From the human T2T-CHM13v2.0 reference genome, Homo sapiens: DNA of 64,000 bases. The notes below the pieces were generated by a model that ran no database searches, had not been told where the DNA came from, and was given only the letters and a program-made list of their open reading frames with translations. The stretch lies in assembly GCF_009914755.1 (NCBI RefSeq), contig NC_060939.1. One strand, 5' to 3'. Both the position numbers and the translations under genes were made by a program. The stretch's first letter is position 1. The number at the start of each line of letters is the position of its first letter. Positions 29,903 through 42,800 of the stretch are shown here, piece by piece.

Positions 29903-31486
29903 TTGAGTCCATTCAATTCCATTCCTTTCGTTTCCATTCCATTTGATGCCATTCCATTCAATTCTGTTCTACTCGACTCCAATACATTCAATTCCATTCC
30001 ATCCGATTCCATTACATTCTTTTCATTTCTTATCCATTTCAAGCCATTCCACTCCATTCCATTCCACTCGTTTCCTTTCCATTCGAGTCCATTCCTCTCC
30101 AGTCCATTCCGTTCAATCCATTCCATTCCAGTCCATTCCATTCGAGTCCGTTCCATTCCAGTCCATTCCATTCGAGTCAATTCCATCCCATTCGATGTCT
30201 TTCCATAACGATCCATTCCATTCTATTCCTTTCGATTCCATTCCATTCTATTTCATTCCATTCGATTCCCTTCCATTGGACTCCTTTCCATTCGAGTGCA
30301 TTCCATTCCGTTCCATTTCTTTCCGTTCTGTACGATTCCTACCGTTCGATTTCATTTTGTTCCAGTCCATTCCTTTCGCGTCCATTCCATTCCATTTCAC
30401 TCCATTCGATTCCATTCCACTCGATTCCACTTCGTTCCATTTCATTGCATTCCATTCTATTCAACTCTATTGCCTTCCATTCCATTCCATTCGATTACAT
30501 TCCATGCGATTCCATTCGAAATCGAATCGATTACATTGCAATCCATTACTATTGAGTCCATTTTATTCCAGTCCACTGCATTCTGGTCCATTCCATTTGA
30601 TTCCATTCCATTCTATTCCATTCCATACAGTTGCATTCCATTGAACTCCATTCTATATCTATAAATTCAATTCGAGACCATTGCTTTTGAGTCCATTCTA
30701 TATGATTCCATTCCATTCAAGTCCATTACATTTGGTTCAATTCCATTCCATTCCATTCCCTTCCATTCCATTCCAGTTGATATCAATCCATTCGATTCCA
30801 TTCCATTCGAGCACATTCTATTCGAGTCCATTCCATTCGATGCCATTCCATTTGATTCTATTCCATTAGTCTCCATTCAATTCCATTAATCTCCATTCCA
30901 TTCCATTCTACTCCAACTGATTCCATTCCATTCTATTCCTTTCCATTCCATTTCATTCCATTCCATTCCATTTCATTCCATTCCATTCCATTCCATTCCA
31001 TTCGCTTCCATTCCATTCGTGTCCATTGCATTCCAGTCCATTCCATTTGTGTCCACTGCATTCCATTCCACTCCATTCCATATTATTCCATTACACTCCA
31101 TTCCATTCTATTACTTTCATTTCCATTGAATTCCATTCCATTTGATTCCATTCCATTCCTTTCAATTCCATTCCATTCCATTCCATTCCACTTGATTCCA
31201 CTCCATTCCCTTCCACTGCATTCCATTGCATTGCATTCCATTCCATTGGACTGCATTCCATTCGATTCCATTCCATTCGAATCAATTACATAGCAATCCA
31301 TTACATTCGAGTCTATTCTATTCCGTTCCATTCGATTTCGTTCCAATCCATTCGATTCCATTCCATTCGATTCCATTCCATACTATTGCATTCCATTCTA
31401 TTACATTATATTCGAATAAGTTCCATTCAAGACCATTTCTTTTGAGTCCATTCTATTTGAGTCCATTCCCTTTGATTCCATAACAT
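29903..31486 (+). repeat. Short unit (1584 bp) with a 190 bp internal deletion removing the KpnI segment
   Basis: At ~31141-31165, TTTGATTCCATTCCA runs directly into TTCCTTTCAATT. Sister units (17309, 40475) are 1774 bp and contain the missing ACTCGGTTTC...GGTACC...CGAATCC segment. Confidence 0.93.
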
Positions 31487-33284
31487 TTGAGTCCATTCAA
31501 TTCCATTCCTTTCGTTTCCATTCCATTTGATGCCATTCCATTCAATTCTGTTCTACTCGACTCCAATACATTCAATTCCATTCCATCCGATTCCATTACA
31601 TTCTTTTCATTTCTTATCCATTTCAAGCCATTCCACTCCATTCCATTCCACTCATTTCCTTTCCATTCGAGTCCATTCCTCTCCAGTCCATTCCGTTCAA
31701 TCCATTCCATTCCAGTCCATTCCATTCGAGTCCGTTCCATTCCAGTCCATTCCATTCGAGTCAATTCCATTCCATTCGATGTCTTTCCATAACGATCCAT
31801 TCCATTCTATTCCTTTCGATTCCATTCCATTCTATTTCATTCCATTCGATTCCCTTCCATTGGACTCCTTTCCATTCGAGTGCATTCCATTCCGTTCCAT
31901 TTCTTTCCGTTCTGTACGATTCCTACCGTTCGATTTCATTTTGTTCCAGTCCATTCTTTCGCGTCCATTCCATTCCATTTCACTCCATTCGATTCCATTC
32001 CACTCGATTCCACTTCGTTCCATTTCATTGCATTCCATTCTATTCAACTCTATTGCCTTCCATTCCATTCCATTCGATTACATTCCATGCGATTCCATTC
32101 GAAATCGAATCAATTACATTGCAATCCATTACTATTGAGTCCGTTTTATTTCAGTCCACTGCATTCTGGTCCATTCCATTTGATTCCATTCCATTCTATT
32201 CCATTCCATAGAGTTGCATTCCATTGGATTCCATGCTATATCTATAAATTCAATTCGAGACCATTGCTTTTGAGTCCATTCTATATGATTCCATTCCATT
32301 CAAGTCCATTACATTTGGTTAAATTCCATTCCATTCGGTTCAATTCCATTCCATTCCATTCCCTTCCATTCCATTCCAGTTGATATCAATCCATTCGATT
32401 CCATTCCATTCGAGCACATTCCATTCGATGCCATTCTATTTGATTCTATTCCATTAGTCTCCATTCAATTCCATTAATCTCCATTCCATTCCATTCTACT
32501 CCAACTGATTCCATTCCATTCTATTCCATTCCATTCCATTTCATTCCATTCCATTCCATTTCATTCCATTCCATTCCATTCGTGTCCATTCCACTGCAGT
32601 CCATTCCATTCGTGTCCATTCCATTCCAGTCCATTCGATTTGTGTCCACTGCATTCAATTCCACTCCATTCCATATTATTCCATTACACTCCATTCCATT
32701 CTGTTACTTTCATTTCCATTCAATTCCATTCCATTTGATTCCATTCCACTCGGTTTCATTCCATTTGAGTCCACTCCATTCCATTCCATTCCATTCCATT
32801 CAGTTCCATTCCATTCTGTTCCATTCCATTCCGTTCCATTACATTCCATTCCATTCGGTACCATTCCATATTGTTCCATTCGATTCCATTCGAATCCATT
32901 CCATTCCAGTCCATTCCATTCGATTCCATTCCATTCATTTCAATTCCATTCCATTCCATTATATTACATTCCACTTGATTCCTCTCCATTCCCTTCCACT
33001 GCATTCCGTTCGATTCCATTCCATTGCATTGCATTCCATTCCATTGGATTGCATTCCATTCGATTCCATTCCATTCGAATCAATTACATACCAATCCATT
33101 ACATTCGAGTCTATTCTCTTCCGTTCCATTCGATTTCGTTCCAATCCATTCGATTCCATTCCATTCGATTCCATTCCATACTATTGCATTCCATTCGATT
33201 ACATTATATTCAAATAAGTTCCATTCAAGACCATTTCTTTTGAGTCCATTCTATTTGAGTCCATTCCCTTTGATTCCATAACAT

Positions 33285-36200
33285 TTGAGTTCATTCAATT
33301 CCATTCCTTTCGTTTCCATTCCATTTGATGCCATTCCATTCAATTCTGTTCTACTCGACTCCAATACATTCAATTCCATTCCATCCGATTCCATTACATT
33401 CTTTTCATTTCTTATCCATTTCAAGCCATTCCACTCCATTCCATTCCACTCGTTTCCTTTCCATTCGAGTCCATTCCTCTCCAGTCCATTCCGTTCAATC
33501 CATTCCATTCCAGTCCATTCCATTCGAGTCCGTTCCATTCCAGTCCATTCCCTTCGAGTCAATTCCATTCCATTCGATGTCTTTCCATAACGATCCATTC
33601 CATTCTATTCCTTTCGATTCCATTCCATTCTATTTCATTCCATTCGATTCCCTTCCATTGGACTCCTTTCCATTCGAGTGCATTCCATTCCGTTCCATTT
33701 CTTTCCGTTCTGTACGATTCCTACCGTTCGATTTCATTTTGTTCCAGTCCATTCCTTTCGCGTCCATTCCATTCCATTTCACTCCATTCGATTCCATTCC
33801 ACTCGATTCCACTTCGTTCCATTTCATTGCATTCCATTCTATTCAACTCTATTGCCTTCCATTCCATTCCATTCGATTACATTCCATGCGATTCCATTCG
33901 AAATCGAATCAATTACATTGCAATCCATTACTATTGAGTCAGTTTTATTCCAGTCCACTGCATTCTGGTCCATTCCATTTGATTCCATTCCATTCTATTC
34001 CATTCCATACAGTTGCATTCCATTGGATTCCATGCTATATCTATAAATTCAATTGGAGACCATTGCTTTTGAGTCCATTCTATATGATTCCATTCCATTC
34101 AACTCCATTACATTTGGTTAAATTCCATTCCATTCGGTTTAATTCCATTCCATTCCATTCCCTTCCATTCCATTCCAGTTGATATCAATCCATTCGATTC
34201 CATTCCATTCGAGCACATTCCATTCGAGTCCATTCCATTCGATGCCATTCCATTTGATTCTATTCCATTAGTCTCCATTCAATTCCATTAATCTCCATTC
34301 CATTCCATTCTACTCCAACTGATTCCATTCCATTCTATTCCTTTCCATTCCATTTCATTCCATTCCATTCCATTCCATTCCATTCGTGTCCATTCCACTC
34401 CAGTCCATTCCATTCGTATCCATTCCATTCCAGTCCATTCCATTTGTGTCCACTGCATTCCATTCCACTCCATTCCATATTATTCCATTACACTCCATTC
34501 CATTCTATTACTTTCATTTCCATTCAATTCCATTCCATTTGATTCCATTCCACTCGGTTTCATTCCATTTGAGTCCACTCCATTCCATTCCATTCCATTC
34601 AGTTCCATTCCATTCTGCTCCATTCCATTCCGTTCCATTACATTCCATTCCATTCGGTACCATTCCATATTGTTCCATTCGATTCCATTCGAATCCATTC
34701 CATTCCAGTCCATTCCATTCGATTCCATTCCATTCATTTCAATTCCATTCCATTCCATTCCATTACATTCCACTTGATTCCTCTCCATTCCCTTCCACTG
34801 CATTCCGTTCGATTCCATTCCATTGCATTGCATTCCATTCCATTGGATTGCATTCCATTCGATTCCATTCCATTCGAATCAATTACATACCAATCCATTA
34901 CATTCGAGTCTATTCTCTTCCGTTCCATTCGATTTCGTTCCAATCCATTCGATTCCATTCCATTCGATTCCATTCCATACTATTGCATTCCATTCGATTA
35001 CATTATATTCGAATAAGTTCCATTCAAGACCATTTCTTTTGAGTCCATTCTATTTGAGTCCATTCCCTTTGATTCCATAACATTTGAGTCCATTCAATTC
35101 CATTCCTTTCGTTTCCATTCCATTTGATGCCATTCCATTCAATTCTGTTCTACTCGACTCCAATACATTCAATTCCATTCCATCCGATTCCATTACATTC
35201 TTTTCATTTCTTATCCATTTCAAGCCATTCCACTCCATTCCATTCCACTCGTTTCCTTTCCATTCGAGTCCATTCCTCTCCAGTCCATTCCGTTCAATCC
35301 ATTCCATTCCAGTCCATTCCATTCGAGTCCGTTCCATTCCAGTCCATTCCCTTCGAGTCAATTCCATTCCATTCGATGTCTTTCCATAACGATCCATTCC
35401 ATTCTATTCCTTTCGATTCCATTCCATTCTATTTCATTCCATTCGATTCCCTTCCATTGGACTCCTTTCCATTCGAGTGCATTCCATTCCGTTCCATTTC
35501 TTTCCGTTCTGTACGATTCCTACCGTTCGATTTCATTTTGTTCCAGTCCATTCCTTTCGCGTCCATTCCATTCCATTTCACTCCATTCGATTCCATTCCA
35601 CTCGATTCCACTTCGTTCCATTTCATTGCATTCCATTCTATTCAACTCTATTGCCTTCCATTCCATTCCATTCGATTACATTCCATGCGATTCCATTCGA
35701 AATCGAATCAATTACATTGCAATCCATTACTATTGAGTCAGTTTTATTCCAGTCCACTGCATTCTGGTCCATTCCATTTGATTCCATTCCATTCTATTCC
35801 ATTCCATACAGTTGCATTCCATTGGATTCCATGCTATATCTATAAATTCAATTCGAGACCATTGCTTTTGAGTCCATTCTATATGATTCCATTCCATTCA
35901 ACTCCATTACATTTGGTTAAATTCCATTCCATTCGGTTTAATTCCATTCCATTCCATTCCCTTCCATTCCATTCCAGTTGATATCAATCCATTCGATTCC
36001 ATTCCATTCGAGCACATTCCATTCGAGTCCATTCCATTCGATGCCATTCCATTTGATTCTATTCCATTAGTCTCCATTCAATTCCATTAATCTCCATTCC
36101 ATTCCATTCTACTCCAACTGATTCCATTCCATTCTATTCCTTTCCATTCCATTTCATTCCATTCCATTCCATTCCATTCCATTCGTGTCCATTCCACTCC

Positions 36201-36882
36201 AGTCCATTCCATTCGTATCCATTCCATTCCAGTCCATTCCATTTGTGTCCACTGCATTCCATTCCACTCCATTCCATATTATTCCATTACACTCCATTCC
36301 ATTCTATTACTTTCATTTCCATTCAATTCCATTCCATTTGATTCCATTCCACTCGGTTTCATTCCATTTGAGTCCACTCCATTCCATTCCATTCCATTCA
36401 GTTCCATTCCATTCTGCTCCATTCCATTCCGTTCCATTACATTCCATTCCATTCGGTACCATTCCATATTGTTCCATTCGATTCCATTCGAATCCATTCC
36501 ATTCCAGTCCATTCCATTCGATTCCATTCCATTCATTTCAATTCCATTCCATTCCATTCCATTACATTCCACTTGATTCCTCTCCATTCCCTTCCACTGC
36601 ATTCCGTTCGATTCCATTCCATTGCATTGCATTCCATTCCATTGGATTGCATTCCATTCGATTCCATTCCATTCGAATCAATTACATACCAATCCATTAC
36701 ATTCGAGTCTATTCTCTTCCGTTCCATTCGATTTCGTTCCAATCCATTCGATTCCATTCCATTCGATTCCATTCCATACTATTGCATTCCATTCGATTAC
36801 ATTATATTCGAATAAGTTCCATTCAAGACCATTTCTTTTGAGTCCATTCTATTTGAGTCCATTCCCTTTGATTCCATAACAT
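33285..36882 (+). repeat. Recent tandem duplication of one 1799 bp unit
   Basis: Both units share the private variants GAGTCAGTTTT (~33936/35735), TTCTGCTCC (~34613/36412) and CCCTTCGAG. Confidence 0.88.
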
Positions 36883-39800
36883 TTGAGTCCATTCAATTCC
36901 ATTCCTTTCGTTTCCATTCCATTTGATGCCATTCCATTCAATTCTGTTCTACTCGACTCCAATACATTCAATTCCATTCCATCCGATTCCATTACATTCT
37001 TTTCATTTCTTATCCATTTCAAGCCATTCCACTCCATTCCATTCCACTCGTTTCCTTTCCATTCGAGTCCATTCCTCTCCAGTCCATTCCGTTCAATCCA
37101 TTCCATTCCAGTCCATTCCATTCGAGTCCGTTCCATTCCAGTCCATTCCCTTCGAGTCAATTCCATTCCATTCGATGTCTTTCCATAACGATCCATTCCA
37201 TTCTATTCCTTTCGATTCCATTCCATTCTATTTCATTCCATTCGATTCCCTTCCATTGGACTCCTTTCCATTCGAGTGCATTCCATTCCGTTCCATTTCT
37301 TTCCGTTCTGTACGATTCCTACCGTTCAATTTCATTTTGTTCCAGTCCATTCTTTCGCGTCCATTCCATTCCATTTCACTCCATTCGATTCCATTCCACT
37401 CGATTCCACTTCGTTCCATTTCATTGCATTCCATTCTATTCAACTCTATTGCCTTCCACTCCATTCCATTCGATTACATTCCATGCGATTCCATTCGAAA
37501 TCGAATCAATTACATTGCAATCCATTACTATTGAGTCCGTTTTATTCCAGTCCACTGCATTCTGGTCCATTCCATTTGATTCCATTCCATTCTATTCCAT
37601 TCCATACGGTTGCATTCCATTGGATTCCATGCTATATCTATAAATTCAATTCGAGACCATTGCTTTTGAGTCCATTCTATATGATTCCATTCCATTCAAG
37701 TCCATTACATTTGGTTAAATTCCATTCCATTCGGTTCAATTCCATTCCATTCCATTCCCTTCCATTCCATTCCAGTTGATATCAATCCATTCGATTCCAT
37801 TCCATTCGAGCACATTCCATTCGATGCCATTCCATTTGATTCTATTCCATTAGTCTCCATTCAATTCCATTAATCTCCATTCCATTCCATTCTACTCCAA
37901 CTGATTCCATTCCATTCTATTCCATTCCATTCCATTTCATTCCATTCCATTCCATTTCATTCCATTCCATTCCATTCGTGTCCATTCCACTGCAGTCCAT
38001 TCCATTCGTGTCCATTCCATTCCAGTCCATTCGATTTGTGTCCACTGCATTCAATTCCACTCCATTCCATATTATTCCATTACACTCCATTCCATTCTAT
38101 TACTTTCATTTCCATTCAATTCCATTCCATTTGATTCCATTCCACTCGGTTTCATTCCATTTGAGTCCACTCCATTCCATTCCATTCCATTCCATTCAGT
38201 TCCATTCCATTCTGTTCCATTCCATTCCGTTCCATTACATTCCATTCCATTCGGTACCATTCCATATTGTTCCATTCGATTCCATTGGAATCCATTCCAT
38301 TCCAGTCCATTCCATTCGATTCCATTCCATTCATTTCAATTCCATTCCATTCCATTCCATTACATTCCACTTGATTCCTCTCCATTCCCTTCCACTGCAT
38401 TCCGTTCGATTCCATTCCATTGCATTGCCTTCCATTCCATTGGATTGCATTCCATTCGATTCCATTCCATTCGAATCAATTACATACCAATCCATTACAT
38501 TCGAGTCTATTCTCTTCCGTTCCATTCGATTTCGTTCCAATCCATTCGATTCCATTCCATTCGATTCCATTCCATACTATTGCATTCCATTCGATTACAT
38601 TATATTCGAATAAGTTCCATTCAAGACCATTTCTTTTGAGTCCATTCTATTTGAGTCCATTCCCTTTGATTCCATAACATTTGAGTCCATTCAATTCCAT
38701 TCCTTTCGTTTCCATTCCATTTGATGCCATTCCATTCAATTCTGTTCTACTCGACTCCAATACATTCAATTCCATTCCATCCGATTCCATTACATTCTTT
38801 TCATTTCTTATCCATTTCAAGCCATTCCACTCCATTCCATTCCACTCGTTTCCTTTCCATTCGAGTCCATTCCTCTCCAGTCCATTCCGTTCAATCCATT
38901 CCATTCCAGTCCATTCCATTCGAGTCCGTTCCATTCCAGTCCATTCCATTCGAGTCAATTCCATTCCATTCGATGTCTTTCCATAACGATCCATTCCATT
39001 CTATTCCTTTCGATTCCATTCCATTCTATTTCATTCCATTCGATTCCCTTCCATTGGACTCCTTTCCATTCGAGTGCATTCCATTCCGTTCCATTTCTTT
39101 CCGTTCTGTACGATTCCTACCGTTCGATTTCATTTTGTTCCAGTCCATTCCTTTCGCGTACATTCCATTCCATTTCACTCCATTCGATTCCATTCCACTC
39201 GATTCCACTTCGTTCCATTTCATTGCATTCCATTCTATTCAACTCTATTGCCTTCCATTCCATTCCATTCGATTACATTCCATGCGATTCCATTCGAAAT
39301 CGAATCAATTACATTGCAAACCATTACTATTGAGTCCGCTTTATTCCAGTCCACTGCATTCTGGTCCATTCCATTTGATTCCATTCCATTCTATTCCATT
39401 CCATACAGTTGCATTCCATTGGATTCCATGCTATATCTATAAATTCAATTCGAGACCATTGCTTTTGAGTCCATTCTATATGATTCCATTCCATTCAAGT
39501 CCATTACATTTGGTTCAATTCCATTCCATTCCATTCCCTTCCATTCCATTCCAGTTGATATCAATCCATTCGATTCCATTCCATTCGAGCACATTCCATT
39601 CGAGTCCATTCCATTCGATGCCATTCCGTTTGATTCTATTCCATTAGTCTCCATTCAATTCCATTAATCTCCATTCCTTTCCATTCTACTCCAACTGATT
39701 CCATTCCATTCTATTCCTTTCCATTCCATTTCATTCCATTGCATTCCATTTCATTCCATTCCATTCCATTCGTGTCCATTCCACTCCAGTCCATTCCATT

Positions 39801-42800
39801 CGTGTCCATTCCATTCCAGTCCATTCCATTTGTGTCCACTGCATTCCATTCCACTCCATTCCATATTATTCCATTACACTCCATTCCATTCTATTACTTT
39901 CATTTCCATTCAATTCCATTCCATTTGATTCCATTCCACTCGGTTTCATTCCATTTGAGTCCACTCCATTCCATTCCATTCCATTCCATTCAGTTCCATT
40001 CCATTCTGTTCCATTCCATTCCGTTCCATTCCATTCCATTCCATTCGGTACCATTCCATATTGTTCCATTCGATTCCATTCTAATCCATTCCATTCCAGT
40101 CCATTCCATTCGATTCCATTCCATTCATTTCAATTCCATTCCATTCCATTCCATTACATTCCACTTGATTCCTCTCCATTCCCTTCCACTGCATTCCGTT
40201 CGATTCCATTCCATTGCATTGCATTCCATTCCATTGGATTGCATTCCATTCGATTCCATTCCATTCGAATCAATTACATAGCAATCCATTACATTCGAGT
40301 CTATTCTATTCCGTTCCATTCGATTTCGTTCCAATCCATTCGATTCCATTCCATTCGATTCCATTCCATACTATTGCATTCCATTCGATTACATTATATT
40401 CGAATAAGTTCCATTCAAGACCATTTCTTTTGAGTCCATTCTATTTGAGTCCATTCCCTTTGATTCCATAACATTTGAGTCCATTCAATTCCATTCCTTT
40501 CGTTTCCATTCCATTTGATGCCATTCCATTCAATTCTGTTCTACTCGACTCCAATACATTCAATTCCATTCCATCCGATTCCATTACATTCTTTTCATTT
40601 CTTATCCATTTCAAGCCATTCCACTCCATTCCATTCCACTCGTTTCCTTTCCATTCGAGTCCATTCCTCTCCAGTCCATTCCGTTCAATCCATTCCATTC
40701 CAGTCCATTCCATTCGAGTCCGTTCCATTCCAGTCCATTCCATTCGAGTCAATTCCATCCCATTCGATGTCTTTCCATAACGATCCATTCCATTCTATTC
40801 CTTTCGATTCCATTCCATTCTATTTCATTCCATTCGATTCCCTTCCATTGGACTCCTTTCCATTCGAGTGCATTCCATTCCGTTCCATTTCTTTCCGTTC
40901 TGTACGATTCCTACCGTTCGATTTCATTTTGTTCCAGTCCATTCCTTTCGCGTCCATTCCATTCCATTTCACTCCATTCGATTCCATTCCACTCGATTCC
41001 ACTTCGTTCCATTTCATTGCATTCCATTCTATTCAACTCTATTGCCTTCCATTCCATTCCATTCGATTACATTCCATGCGATTCCATTCGAAATCGAATC
41101 AATTACATTGCAATCCATTACTATTGAGTCCATTTTATTCCAGTCCACTGCATTCTGGTCCATTCCATTTGATTCCATTCCATTCTATTCCATTCCATAC
41201 AGTTGCATTCCATTGAACTCCATTCTATATCTATAAATTCAATTCGAGACCATTGCTTTTGAGTCCATTCTATATGATTCCATTCCATTCAAGTCCATTA
41301 CATTTGGTTCAATTCCATTCCATTCCATTCCCTTCCATTCCATTCCAGTTGATATCAATCCATTCGATTCCATTCCATTCGAGCACATTCCATTCGAGTC
41401 CATTCCATTCGATGCCATTCCATTTGATTCTATTCCATTAGTCTCCATTCAATTCCATTAATCTCCATTCCATTCCATTCTACTCCAACTGATTCCATTC
41501 CATTCTATTCCTTTCCATTCCATTTCATTCCATTCCATTCCATTTCATTCCATTCCATTCCATTCCATTCCATTCGCTTCCATTCCATTCGTGTCCATTG
41601 CATTCCAGTCCATTCCATTTGTGTCCACTGCATTCCATTCCACTCCATTCCATATTATTCCATTACACTCCATTCCATTCTATTACTTTCATTTCCATTG
41701 AATTCCATTCCATTTGATTCCATTCCACTCGGTTTCATTCCATTTGAGTCCACTCCACTCCATTCCACTCCATTCCATTCCATTCAGTTCCATTCCATTC
41801 TGTTCCATTCCATTCCGTTCCATTGCATTCCATTCCATTCGGTACCATTCCATATTGTTCCATTCGATTCCATTCGAATCCATTCCATTCCAGTCCATTC
41901 CATTCGATTCCATTCCATTCCTTTCAATTCCATTCCATTCCATTCCATTCCACTTGATTCCACTCCATTCCCTTCCACTGCATTCCATTGCATTGCATTC
42001 CATTCCATTGGACTGCATTCCATTCGATTCCATTCCATTCGAATCAATTACATAGCAATCCATTACATTCGAGTCTATTCTATTCCGTTCCATTCGATTT
42101 CGTTCCAATCCATTCGATTCCATTCCATTCGATTCCATTCCATACTATTGCATTCCATTCGATTACATTATATTCGAATAAGTTCCATTCAAGACCATTT
42201 CTTTTGAGTCCATTCTATTTGAGTCCATTCCCTTTGATTCCATAACATTTGAGTCCATTCAATTCCATTCCTTTCGTTTCCATTCCATTTGATGCCATTC
42301 CATTCAATTCTGTTCTACTCGACTCCAATACATTCAATTCCATTCCATCCGATTCCATTACATTCTTTTCATTTCTTATCCATTTCAAGCCATTCCACTC
42401 CATTCCATTCCACTCGTTTCCTTTCCATTCGAGTCCATTCCTCTCCAGTCCATTCCGTTCAATCCATTCCATTCCAGTCCATTCCATTCGAGTCCGTTCC
42501 ATTCCAGTCCATTCCATTCGAGTCAATTCCATTCCATTCGATGTCTTTCCATAACGATCCATTCCATTCTATTCCTTTCGATTCCATTCCATTCTATTTC
42601 ATTCCATTCGATTCCCTTCCATTGGACTCCTTTCCATTCGAGTGCATTCCATTCCGTTCCATTTCTTTCCGTTCTGTACGATTCCTACCGTTCGATTTCA
42701 TTTTGTTCCAGTCCATTCCTTTCGCGTCCATTCCATTCCATTTCACTCCATTCGATTCCATTCCACTCGATTCCACTTCGTTCCATTTCATTGCATTCCA

